From Calditrichales bacterium (GTDB lineage: Bacteria; Calditrichota; Calditrichia; Calditrichales; J004), in the NCBI GenBank assembly GCA_965267575.1, contig OZ254086.1, positions 4,320,001 through 4,384,000 of the forward strand: a stretch of DNA of 64,000 nt, given 5' to 3'. The position numbers and the translations under genes were made by a program. The notes beneath the pieces were generated by a model. It did no database searches, was not told the DNA's origin, and saw only the letters and a program-made list of their open reading frames with translations. Shown piece by piece: positions 20,060 through 28,628 of the stretch (position 1 is the first letter of the stretch; the number at the start of each line of letters is the position of its first letter).

Positions 20060-20785
20060 TCACTTTTTCGCCATCAGGGCCATGTGCGTCGCTTTGGGCA
20101 AAAGCAGGTTAATGCCTTTGTCAAAAAAACGCCACAAGCCATAGGGAAAAGAACGGCTGATTTGCGGATAGCGCATCACTGCAAGCAGCTTGTTTCCCAG
20201 AAGCTTGGGAGTAACCGGTTTCAACGCTGCCTCACGCAGCAATTCCGTCAGACTGTTTTCGTCGAAGCTGTGCAGGTGGGCGTTGGTCGGGGTGGGTTGG
20301 TTACAATGGATGCAAATATGGTAGGAGATTTTTTCGCGATATGGAACGGAGACGATCACCTTGCCGCCTGCTTTTAACACGCGCTCTATCTCCTGCAAAG
20401 CGCGCAACGGCTCAGTAAGATGTTCCAGTACTTCCGAGATGATAACGATATCGATGCTGCCGGCACTGAACGGCAGATGGAGGCCATCGGCGAATGCCGG
20501 CACCACCCGACCCGAACCACGGCGCCTTATCTCGGCCAGGTTTTTATGCGACAGATCCAGCGGAACGTAAGTCGCGTTTTCGGGCATGATGTTCAGCGCC
20601 TCGCCACCGCCGCTGCCGACTTCCAGAATAGTCTGGCCCGCTCGTGGCCGCAACTGGCTCCGGAAAAACTGGTAACGGCGACGGATATTTTCACGCTCCG
20701 CGGGAGATGGCGCAAAATAATCCGCAAATTCAGCATCCAGCCGGTAATGTTCGATGTAATTTTGATTGGATAGCCGTTGTGTCAT
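20060..20785 (-). CDS. Class I SAM-dependent methyltransferase with a Cys/His motif
   Basis: LEVGSGGG, LPF, SEVLEHL, LKAGG, then HICIHCNQPTPTNAHLH. Confidence 0.85.
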   Translation of the reverse strand: MTQRLSNQNYIEHYRLDAEFADYFAPSPAERENIRRRYQFFRSQLRPRAGQTILEVGSGGGEALNIMPENATYVPLDLSHKNLAEIRRRGSGRVVPAFADGLHLPFSAGSIDIVIISEVLEHLTEPLRALQEIERVLKAGGKVIVSVPYREKISYHICIHCNQPTPTNAHLHSFDENSLTELLREAALKPVTPKLLGNKLLAVMRYPQISRSFPYGLWRFFDKGINLLLPKATHMALMAKK

Positions 20786-20811
20786 ACGGTCAATTTAAGA
20801 AAAAAGCGCTT

Positions 20812-22164
20812 TCACTTCCCGCTCTTAAAATCTTCTTTGGCAAGATTGTATTTTTTCATGCGGTACTGCATGGTCTTGTAGGAAATACCCAGCAGACTGG
20901 CTGCATGCTTAATTGAGCCACGCGACTGACGCAATGCATCAACCAGACTGCGCCGTTCCATCTCCGGCAGCGATTGGGCTCCGGTTTCCCACCCTTGCCG
21001 TCCAGCTTCAGGCAGCATCAGATCATCCGAGTCAATCGCGTCGTTTTCGTTCAGGATCAATGTTTTTTCGATGATATTTTCCAGTTCGCGCACATTGCCC
21101 GGAAAATTGTATTGCTCAAGCCGTTCCATGGCCGCGGATGTCAGAGCGGGTGCCTCGCGTTTATAGCGTTTTGCCAGCCGCTGCAGAAAATGACGCACCA
21201 GCAAGGCGATATCCTCTTTTCTTTCGCGCAACGGCGGTAACACAATGTTGATAACGTTCAGCCGGTGAAAGAGGTCTTCCCTGAAACGCCCTTCGCCGAT
21301 CAGTTCGGAGAGCTCTTCGTTGCTTGCCGCGACAACCCGCACATTCAGGTCAATCACTTTTTGCCCGCCTAGACGCTGGATTTTGCGCTCCTGCAAAACA
21401 CGCAGCAGGCGGGTCTGCAGGTCCGGACGCATCGTGCCGATCTCGTCCAGGAAAAGCGTCCCGCCACGGGCCTGTTCAAATTTTCCGGGGTAGCTTTCGC
21501 GGGCGCCGGTAAAGGCGCCTTTTTCATGGCCGAACAGCTCGCTTTCGATCAGGTTCTCCGGTATCGCCCCGCAGTTAATGGCCACAAATGGCTGCTCTTT
21601 GCGTGGTCCGCTGAAGTGTATGGCCCGGGCCACCAACTCCTTGCCCGTTCCGCTTTCACCGCCAACCAGCACATTGGCTTCAACACCAGCCGCTTTTTCC
21701 ACAAGGCGGAACACCCCGCGCATAGCAGGGCTTTTGCCGATCAGATTATGAAACTGAAAACGCTCGCTGATCTCATCACGCAAACGGCGGTTTTCCTGCT
21801 GCAGTCGCGCCTTGTCCGCGGCACGTTCCACCACATGCAATAAATCATTTTTCTTAAACGGCTTTGTAAGATAATCATAAGCCCCGTTTTTAATCGCCTC
21901 CACGGCGCTAGGAATTGTGCCGAAAGCGGTCATAATGATTACCGGGATGCCGCCGTCCGTTTCCTGCGTACCCCGAAGGACAGCAAGTCCGTCCTTGTTG
22001 GGCATCTTCAGGTCACTCAGCACAATGTCGATCCCACCTCTGGCAAGCCGCTCCAGTGCCGCCTGTCCATCCTCCGCGGTCGCAACGTTATAACCTGCAT
22101 CGCTCAGGATATCACTGAGTATGCGCCTTTGTGCTGCTTCGTCATCCGCAACCAGAATGGTCAT
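20812..22164 (-). CDS. Sigma54-dependent response regulator (NtrC/AtoC/ZraR family)
   Basis: REC domain, GESGTGKE, GAFTGA, FLDEIG, FPGNVRELEN, Fis-type HTH. Confidence 0.95.
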   Translation of the reverse strand: MTILVADDEAAQRRILSDILSDAGYNVATAEDGQAALERLARGGIDIVLSDLKMPNKDGLAVLRGTQETDGGIPVIIMTAFGTIPSAVEAIKNGAYDYLTKPFKKNDLLHVVERAADKARLQQENRRLRDEISERFQFHNLIGKSPAMRGVFRLVEKAAGVEANVLVGGESGTGKELVARAIHFSGPRKEQPFVAINCGAIPENLIESELFGHEKGAFTGARESYPGKFEQARGGTLFLDEIGTMRPDLQTRLLRVLQERKIQRLGGQKVIDLNVRVVAASNEELSELIGEGRFREDLFHRLNVINIVLPPLRERKEDIALLVRHFLQRLAKRYKREAPALTSAAMERLEQYNFPGNVRELENIIEKTLILNENDAIDSDDLMLPEAGRQGWETGAQSLPEMERRSLVDALRQSRGSIKHAASLLGISYKTMQYRMKKYNLAKEDFKSGK

Positions 22165-23675
22165 GACGCCGCGTCCTTCCCTGAAAAGTCAATCAGCAAG
22201 GTTGTACCCTCATTTTCGGTGCTTTCGATTTTCAAATGGCCGCCGTGAGCCTCAACGATCTTGTAGGCCGTTGGCAGGCCCAGCCCCGTTCCGCCGCTTT
22301 TTGTCGTATAAAACAGGTCAAAAATGTGCTCGAGATTTTTTGCGGCGATACCCGCGCCGTTGTCTTGTATGATTATCTTTTTGTCCGGCGTAGTTTTAAC
22401 CTGCAGCAACCCGCCCTTTGGCATGGCCTGGATGGCATTCAGCACGAGATTCATGATCACCGTCTTAAACCGGTCGGCGTCCACATCCAGTTGCAGCGGT
22501 TTGAGATCGCTTTGAAGCTCGATGCCGTGCAGTTTCATTTCGCGCTCGTACAATTGCAGCGTTTCGCGGATCAGCGGCACTACGTCTTGTTTTTTTGTCT
22601 GCAGGTTTTCGCTGCGCACATAGCTTAAAAAATTGTTGACCGTTTCATCCAGCCGGCGAATTTCGTTCTGGACCGTCCCCACATATTCGATGGTCCGCGT
22701 ATCGTTGGCGTCAACAAACCGGTCGCGCAAATGCTCTATGGTCAGATTGATGGCATTGAGCGGATTTTTGATTTCATGGGCAACGCCGGCCGCCAGTTGT
22801 CCTAATGCCGCCAAACGCTCCTGGCGATGCAGCAGTTCTTCCTTCTCGCGGTTTTTCTTCAACTCGGACACCATGTGATTGAAAGAGCGCGCCAGTTCAC
22901 CCATTTCATCGTCACGCCGGGGTTCCACGCGCACATTCAGCTCGCCGTTTACAACACGGTCAAAAGAATGGTTCAGCTCTTTCACCGGTTTGGTCAGCGA
23001 CCCGGCAATGAGCACAATCCCGATAATTGAAAAACCAAATAGCAGCAATGTAATGATCAGATTGCGGTCGCGGGCATCATCAAGGGCTTCCTGCAACTCG
23101 CCGGCGCTGTAGTTGTAACGCAGCAGTTTGGGCGCGTCATCATCGTTTGCCAGCCCCGGGAAGACAAATGAAAAGTTGCCGCGCGTGCCGGGTGGCGGCG
23201 GTGGCGGTATGTTAACACCTGTACGTCCTGTCCGCGGCGCATTAAGATCGACGACAACCGTTTCAAAAGAATCCCGCGTAAAGTAGCTGTAGCCCTGCCG
23301 GTTGCTGTCACCCTTCTGCCATATTTCCCTCACATGGACCGTGCTGCGTAACGAATCGCTGAGGTTCCACTCAAAGCGCGCACGGCTTTCCGCTTTTGGA
23401 GAAAGGATTGTTTTCCCGCTACCGATAAAAACACCGGTCTTTTTGGAAAGGGAGTCCCGTGACAAAATCACTGAAGGCGGTGCGGGGACACGTTCATTAA
23501 AGGTACTGGTCACAAGCTGATCCGTCACCGTATTGATTTTCTTCTCCAGCCGCGTAAGCTCATTGATTACATCGCTTTGCGTACGGCTGGTAAAATACAG
23601 TTGCAGCGCCATTACAAGCGCCATCAGCACGGAAACAATCAACACAAATTTTGTTTGAATATGACGGATCTTCAT
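22161..23675 (-). CDS. HAMP sensor histidine kinase
   Basis: Two TM segments, HAMP, AHEIKNPL, NLVLNAIQA, DNGAG, GTGLGL; ATGA overlap with the regulator. Confidence 0.95.
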   Translation of the reverse strand: MKIRHIQTKFVLIVSVLMALVMALQLYFTSRTQSDVINELTRLEKKINTVTDQLVTSTFNERVPAPPSVILSRDSLSKKTGVFIGSGKTILSPKAESRARFEWNLSDSLRSTVHVREIWQKGDSNRQGYSYFTRDSFETVVVDLNAPRTGRTGVNIPPPPPPGTRGNFSFVFPGLANDDDAPKLLRYNYSAGELQEALDDARDRNLIITLLLFGFSIIGIVLIAGSLTKPVKELNHSFDRVVNGELNVRVEPRRDDEMGELARSFNHMVSELKKNREKEELLHRQERLAALGQLAAGVAHEIKNPLNAINLTIEHLRDRFVDANDTRTIEYVGTVQNEIRRLDETVNNFLSYVRSENLQTKKQDVVPLIRETLQLYEREMKLHGIELQSDLKPLQLDVDADRFKTVIMNLVLNAIQAMPKGGLLQVKTTPDKKIIIQDNGAGIAAKNLEHIFDLFYTTKSGGTGLGLPTAYKIVEAHGGHLKIESTENEGTTLLIDFSGKDAAS

Positions 23676-23696
23676 AAGCGGCCTTTTTTAAGCAGC

Positions 23697-23729
23697 AAAA
23701 CGGCGTACCCCAAACAGGCACACCGTTTT
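23697..23729 (-). terminator. Hairpin/terminator between the PDZ gene and the kinase
   Basis: Minus strand AAAACGGTGTGCC-TGTTTGG-GGTACGCCGTTTT; pairs fully with G-U only on the minus strand. Confidence 0.6.
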
Positions 23730-23746
23730 ACGGGCTCAGGATAAAT

Positions 23747-24763
23747 TTACAGGATTATGACATTACGAACTTTAACGTTTTTAAGTTTTGGCGAAATGCC
23801 GCGAAAAACCCCGGGAGCAGGCGGTGCCGGCGGCGCGCCAATTCTGTCCAGGACAATATTGCGCATGCCTGTCTTTTTAGCAAGGGTTGCCTCTGTTGTG
23901 CTGCTGCTTCCCTTTCGCGTGTAATGGATTGTTACCGTTTCCTCGGGATTGTAATAATTTAGCGTGCGCACAAGGTCATTAAAATCTTTTATTTCACGAT
24001 CGTTAATACGGGTGATCACATCTCCGGCCCTTAAACCGCTTTTTTCGGCCGGGCTGTCTTTGGTGACGCTTTCCACCAGAACGCCATGCTCCACCTCAAA
24101 GTAAGACAGCATTTGCTCGGAAATGTTTTCGGCCATAATGCCAAGTTTACCCCCTTTTGCCGATGAACGCGTACGGACTGTTGCACCATCGCTAAAGGAA
24201 AAATTACCACCACTGCTGAATACCTTAACTTCACCTTCAGAACCGTCCTCGGCAACAGTCCAGGAAAGATCATCGCCGGGGTTGTTATCGTGAAAATACC
24301 AGGTGAAATTTTCGCCGTCCAACCCATCTCTGGTAATATTCACTGTCTGATGATCAAACTCCTCAAACACGGCCTCAGTCGATTCTCTCTTCCCATCGCG
24401 TAAATAAACGATCTTCACTTTCTTTTCTTGATCAACATCCTCAAAATGTTCGCGCAGCGCTTTCATTTCTTCAACCTGATAATCGTCTATTTCAACGATA
24501 ATATCTCCCTTCTTCAAACCCGCTTTGTCCGCGCCGCTGCCTTCAATTACATGCAATACCAACGCGCCGTTCTCGACTCCGCTTTTTTCGCTGTCCTTTT
24601 CACTTAATTTGGTAAGGGCTAAACCCAAACTATAACCCGGCCCGGAACGCGCGATAAAAACATTATCTTCCTGCACCCGCGGTGGCCCGAGGTCCGCGGC
24701 AATACAACTGCTTACGCCCATTATTGCAATCATCGAAGCGCTGACCCATAAACTCAAACGCAT
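23747..24763 (-). CDS. Exported protein with two PDZ domains and no protease domain
   Basis: Signal peptide or possible lipobox (VSSC); SLGL...GSGADKAGLKKGDIIVEID and KLGI...SPAEKSGLRAGDVITRIND; no GNSGG trypsin motif. Confidence 0.85.
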   Translation of the reverse strand: MRLSLWVSASMIAIMGVSSCIAADLGPPRVQEDNVFIARSGPGYSLGLALTKLSEKDSEKSGVENGALVLHVIEGSGADKAGLKKGDIIVEIDDYQVEEMKALREHFEDVDQEKKVKIVYLRDGKRESTEAVFEEFDHQTVNITRDGLDGENFTWYFHDNNPGDDLSWTVAEDGSEGEVKVFSSGGNFSFSDGATVRTRSSAKGGKLGIMAENISEQMLSYFEVEHGVLVESVTKDSPAEKSGLRAGDVITRINDREIKDFNDLVRTLNYYNPEETVTIHYTRKGSSSTTEATLAKKTGMRNIVLDRIGAPPAPPAPGVFRGISPKLKNVKVRNVIIL

Positions 24764-24801
24764 TTTGTCCTCCCATTAATTTGTTGGTTGCAAACAATAA
24801 T

Positions 24802-24818
24802 GACAAGTTGCGTGCCAG
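24802..24818 (-). promoter_or_regulatory. Sigma54 (-24/-12) promoter of the PDZ gene
   Basis: Minus strand CTGGCACG-CAAC-TTGTC against consensus TGGCACG-N4-TTGC (one mismatch at -12), about 40 bp upstream of the ATG. Confidence 0.7.
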
Positions 24819-24903
24819 CTGTATGCACTACATAGATAAGTTTATGTTTTTAATAGATTTAAAACCATTGATAACAAGATGAGTTATAGTGATTACCTCA
24901 GGA

Positions 24904-24944
24904 AATACCCTATATGCGGCAAGCGGAATACCCCATTTGGGGCA
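24904..24944. promoter_or_regulatory. Tandem enhancer (UAS)-like sites
   Basis: AATACCCTATATGCGGCA (24904) and AATACCCCATTTGGGGCA (24927): 15/18 identical, each semi-palindromic, 85-125 bp upstream of the -24 box. Confidence 0.55.
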
Positions 24945-25033
24945 GAATCTTTCAGGAAACAATACCTTTAAAAAATTCTTGATAAGTGACCGGCAGGTGA
25001 ATTAGATTGACGGTGTCAAAAGGTGTTTTATAA

Positions 25034-26824
25034 ATGAATGCCGTTCGAACAACTGATATTATTGAAACCAGTCATCCATACCCGATGCCCCCGGCTATTC
25101 CCTTGCCGACACCCGGAGACTGGGGCTCGCTTGAGCGTATTGGTGTTAAACTGACGCCCTTTTCCCGGCGTGCTTTATCCGTTGCCTTTACCTTGTCCGG
25201 CTTTTCCCGATTTCAAAAAAAGCTGCCTGCCATAGCTGATGAATTGTTGCGCTGGACCAATGTACGCGGTCCAGCCGTTTTCGCGCCGGTCATTTCAGCC
25301 ACCGCAGCCATCGCAAGCGATCCGCGCACAGATGATCCCTTTACGCGGGCGGCCACACTGATCCACAGTACCCTCTCCTTTCACGCCGATTATTACAGCG
25401 GTAATCTGGAGCCGGACCGCTTCAAAAACGATATCCTGGAAATGGGACAATATGCCAATCTTTTCGGTACGGGCATTGCCTTTAGAAAATCACGGCCGGA
25501 GCTGTTTAAGACTACTAATACACGTCATATTCTTCTTGCAATACGCGGTAACTTTTATATTCTGGATCTTGCCCCATTCAGGAACAAGCCGGTTTCAATG
25601 CTGGCCGGCTTTCTGAAAAAGACGGCTGAAAAAACAGATGAAGCCAATGACTTTTCGCCGGGCATACTTACCTGCGCCCCCGACCGTTTTCAATGCAGGG
25701 TTTTTCCCAAACTGGAAAAAGACCCACACAACAGAGAAGCGCTGGATAAGATGCGCCACACTTTTTTTACCGTTTGTCTCGATTTGGATAGCAAACCGAA
25801 AAACAGCGCGGAATGTGGCTACAGCATCAACTCGCTGGAATGCCACCGGCACTGGAACCACTCCAGCATGCAGATTGTCGTAGTCGGTAACGGACGGGCA
25901 GGCTTTGTTTTCAGCTTTAGCGCCTATCTGGATGGCAATGTCATGGCCCGCGCCGCCTCGGAGATATGGAAACGGGCAAAGCAAATAGACCTGGAAACAG
26001 AAACCACCGCTGAAATGCCACCTGAGAACGTAATATCGCCGTTAAGATTGAACATTGCCCGTCCGCTGCTGGACGAAGCGCGTCACGTTTTTGAAAACGT
26101 GCGCGATGAGCAACAAGCCACTTTTGAACTGGCCATCGGCACAAAAACATTGGGTGCGTCAAAACCGTACGCGATCGAACTGTTCTCGCTGGCCATGCAA
26201 AAAACCATCTTTGACCTGACCGGAGCACTTCCCGAAATCAACCAGTTTTTGACCATGTCACGCTACCGCTACCAGGGCCTAACCACCGCCATGATCAGCA
26301 GTGAGCAGGTTAAGGAATATGTCCGCAAATGGGATGAGCAGTCCAACCCGCAGGAAAAGGCGCGTTTGTTATACGAGGCGCTGGACAGCCAGAAAAAAGC
26401 CTGCCGGCAGGCACGAAAATATTTAACGCTGGACCAGTGTCTCCCGCTTTACCGTAAATACGCCGGATCATGGAAAGGCACCTGGCATATGCTGGTTTTC
26501 TGGAGCACGCTCCAGTTTTTAAAACTGATCGGCTTGCACAAACCGCGGGGCCGAGCTGTCCTTATTTCGCATCCCGCCATCTTTGATGGCGTTGAGCTGA
26601 TTGGCCGCCCCGGAATCCGGTTGCCCTATATTCAGAAAATGAGCCTGCATTTCCAGATATTTGAGGAGCGAACGGTCATTACGTACATGCCGACACGCTA
26701 CTGGAAAATAAGCAACGCAGAATTCAGCGAAACCCTTGAACGCAATCTGCGCCAACTTGCGGAGCGGGCCGCCCGGGACTCTACGGCGGCGCAAAAAAAA
26801 GGCCTGCAAAAGCAGGCCCGTTAA
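25034..26824 (+). CDS. Choline/carnitine O-acyltransferase-family protein (divergent)
   Basis: Collinear family-like blocks: LEMGQYANLF, RHILLAIRGNFYILDL, GILT, FTVCLD, WNHSSMQIVVVGNGRAGFVF...DG. Confidence 0.7.
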   Translation: MNAVRTTDIIETSHPYPMPPAIPLPTPGDWGSLERIGVKLTPFSRRALSVAFTLSGFSRFQKKLPAIADELLRWTNVRGPAVFAPVISATAAIASDPRTDDPFTRAATLIHSTLSFHADYYSGNLEPDRFKNDILEMGQYANLFGTGIAFRKSRPELFKTTNTRHILLAIRGNFYILDLAPFRNKPVSMLAGFLKKTAEKTDEANDFSPGILTCAPDRFQCRVFPKLEKDPHNREALDKMRHTFFTVCLDLDSKPKNSAECGYSINSLECHRHWNHSSMQIVVVGNGRAGFVFSFSAYLDGNVMARAASEIWKRAKQIDLETETTAEMPPENVISPLRLNIARPLLDEARHVFENVRDEQQATFELAIGTKTLGASKPYAIELFSLAMQKTIFDLTGALPEINQFLTMSRYRYQGLTTAMISSEQVKEYVRKWDEQSNPQEKARLLYEALDSQKKACRQARKYLTLDQCLPLYRKYAGSWKGTWHMLVFWSTLQFLKLIGLHKPRGRAVLISHPAIFDGVELIGRPGIRLPYIQKMSLHFQIFEERTVITYMPTRYWKISNAEFSETLERNLRQLAERAARDSTAAQKKGLQKQAR

Positions 26825-26837
26825 TAATTGGAAATTT

Positions 26838-27281
26838 TTATTCTTTTTTGGTTTTGGATGCGATAAAAGCGTCCAGGCTGATTTTCCCGGGTCCCGTCAC
26901 AATCAGACTGAAAAGCATCAGTATGTAATAAAGCGGTATCTCAAAGCCATTGTCACCGGCATCAAAACCGTTGCCGATGTGTACGGTGAAAATAGCCACC
27001 AGCATGGTGATGATCAGCGGGATGGAAATGATGCGTGTGCCCAGACCCAGGAAAAGCAGAATAAATCCTGCGGTTTCCGCGGACGTGGCCAGCAAAGCGT
27101 TCAGCCAGGGAAAAGGCAATCCCAAACCCTCTCCAAACCATTGCACAATATTGCCGAAGTTATTGATCTTGGTCGTTGCCGGGCCATAGAACCCATAGCT
27201 TAATATAAGCCTGAACAAAAGCGGCGGAACATCGGACAAAGCCGATACACGGTCGCGGATATTGTTATACAGTTCAATCAT
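26838..27281 (-). CDS. DoxX family membrane protein
   Basis: RLILSYGFYGPA, GLPFP, LGLGTR, NGFEIPLYY, GPGKISLD. Confidence 0.9.
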   Translation of the reverse strand: MIELYNNIRDRVSALSDVPPLLFRLILSYGFYGPATTKINNFGNIVQWFGEGLGLPFPWLNALLATSAETAGFILLFLGLGTRIISIPLIITMLVAIFTVHIGNGFDAGDNGFEIPLYYILMLFSLIVTGPGKISLDAFIASKTKKE

Positions 27282-27479
27282 GGAGTGCCTCCTTTGGGAA
27301 TTGTTTTTGTAAGCATACTAGGACAAAAATCTGACAAGAGAATCACATTTTGTTGAACATAATAGCCTGCCATCTCACGAATTTATAAACGTAATATCTG
27401 TTTTGGCTTTTAGCAATCGCCTTCGGATAAAGAAAACCGCGCTTTAACCGATAGCTTTTAGATTACCGCAACAACAGGG

Positions 27480-28628
27480 ATGCAAAATATGCTTACAGAG
27501 CACACTTTATGGCTCAGGGACGAAGGCTGGAAAATAGTAGCGAAATCCGCCGGTTTCAGCTCGCCACATATCGTTTTTTATTTTGGGGAGATTGTTTCCA
27601 CGCCCGCTGAGGAGATATACGCCCTTTTAAGGGAGCGCTATCCCGATGCCCATATCGTGGGTTGTAACAGTGCTACCCACATCTCCAACGACGAGTTGTA
27701 CGAAGAAGGGCTGGTAGCCCTGGCTGTTCGCTTCGAAAGAACTGATATCAGCGTTGTTTCAACGGAACTTTCCGGCATGGAAGATTCCCATGACGCGGGT
27801 CAGCGAATCGGCCGGCAGCTCAGCCGCGAAGATCTCAGGGGCATTTTTGTTATATCAGATGGTGTGCTGCTGAACGGCAGTGAATTTTCCCGCGGCATCA
27901 ATGCAATCATAGACAGAAAAGTACCCGTTTTTGGCGGCATGGCGGCAGACGGCGGCCGCTTCCAGTCAACACCTGTGGCCTGTGACGGGCCGGCCCGCGA
28001 ACACGTTGTGGCGGCAGTGGGCTTTTACGGCAACAAAATAAAGATTGGCTGCGGTTCACAGGGTGGCTGGGTCACCTTCGGGCCGCGCCGCAAGATCACA
28101 AAATCCAAAGGCAATATACTATACGAACTGGACGGCCGTCCGGCGTTGGAACTGTACAAGAAATATCTCGGAGAGGAAGTGGAAAACCTGCCCACCAGCG
28201 CCCTTTCGTTTCCTCTGATGATCAGCAATGAAGACAGTAAAAGCCAGGGCATCGTGCGCTCGGTGATTGGCGTGGATGAAGAGAAGAATACCCTGACTTT
28301 TGCCGGCGACGTAACCGAAGGCCAGATGGCCCAGCTGATGCGCACCAGCCACGAAGGCCTTATAAACGGCGCCGGAAGCTCGGCCCGCAACGCCATGGAA
28401 AACCGCGATACAGGCGAGCTGGCCATATTGGTAAGCTGTATCGGGCGCAAACAGATACTTAAGCAACGCACCGAAGATGAAATTGAAGTAGTACATGATA
28501 TTCTCGGCCAGAACATGCCAAAGGTTGGCTTTTACTCCCACGGCGAATTTTCCCCACATGAAAACAGCGGCTTTTGCGAACTGCACAACCAAACCATGAC
28601 GATAACGATTCTTTCCGAAGATGCATAA
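27480..28628 (+). CDS. FIST (FIST_N + FIST_C) signal transduction protein
   Basis: SDG...NGS, GGMAADG, GGWVTFGP, LYELDGRPAL, SCIGRK, GFYSHGE, LHNQTM. Confidence 0.92.
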   Translation: MQNMLTEHTLWLRDEGWKIVAKSAGFSSPHIVFYFGEIVSTPAEEIYALLRERYPDAHIVGCNSATHISNDELYEEGLVALAVRFERTDISVVSTELSGMEDSHDAGQRIGRQLSREDLRGIFVISDGVLLNGSEFSRGINAIIDRKVPVFGGMAADGGRFQSTPVACDGPAREHVVAAVGFYGNKIKIGCGSQGGWVTFGPRRKITKSKGNILYELDGRPALELYKKYLGEEVENLPTSALSFPLMISNEDSKSQGIVRSVIGVDEEKNTLTFAGDVTEGQMAQLMRTSHEGLINGAGSSARNAMENRDTGELAILVSCIGRKQILKQRTEDEIEVVHDILGQNMPKVGFYSHGEFSPHENSGFCELHNQTMTITILSEDA

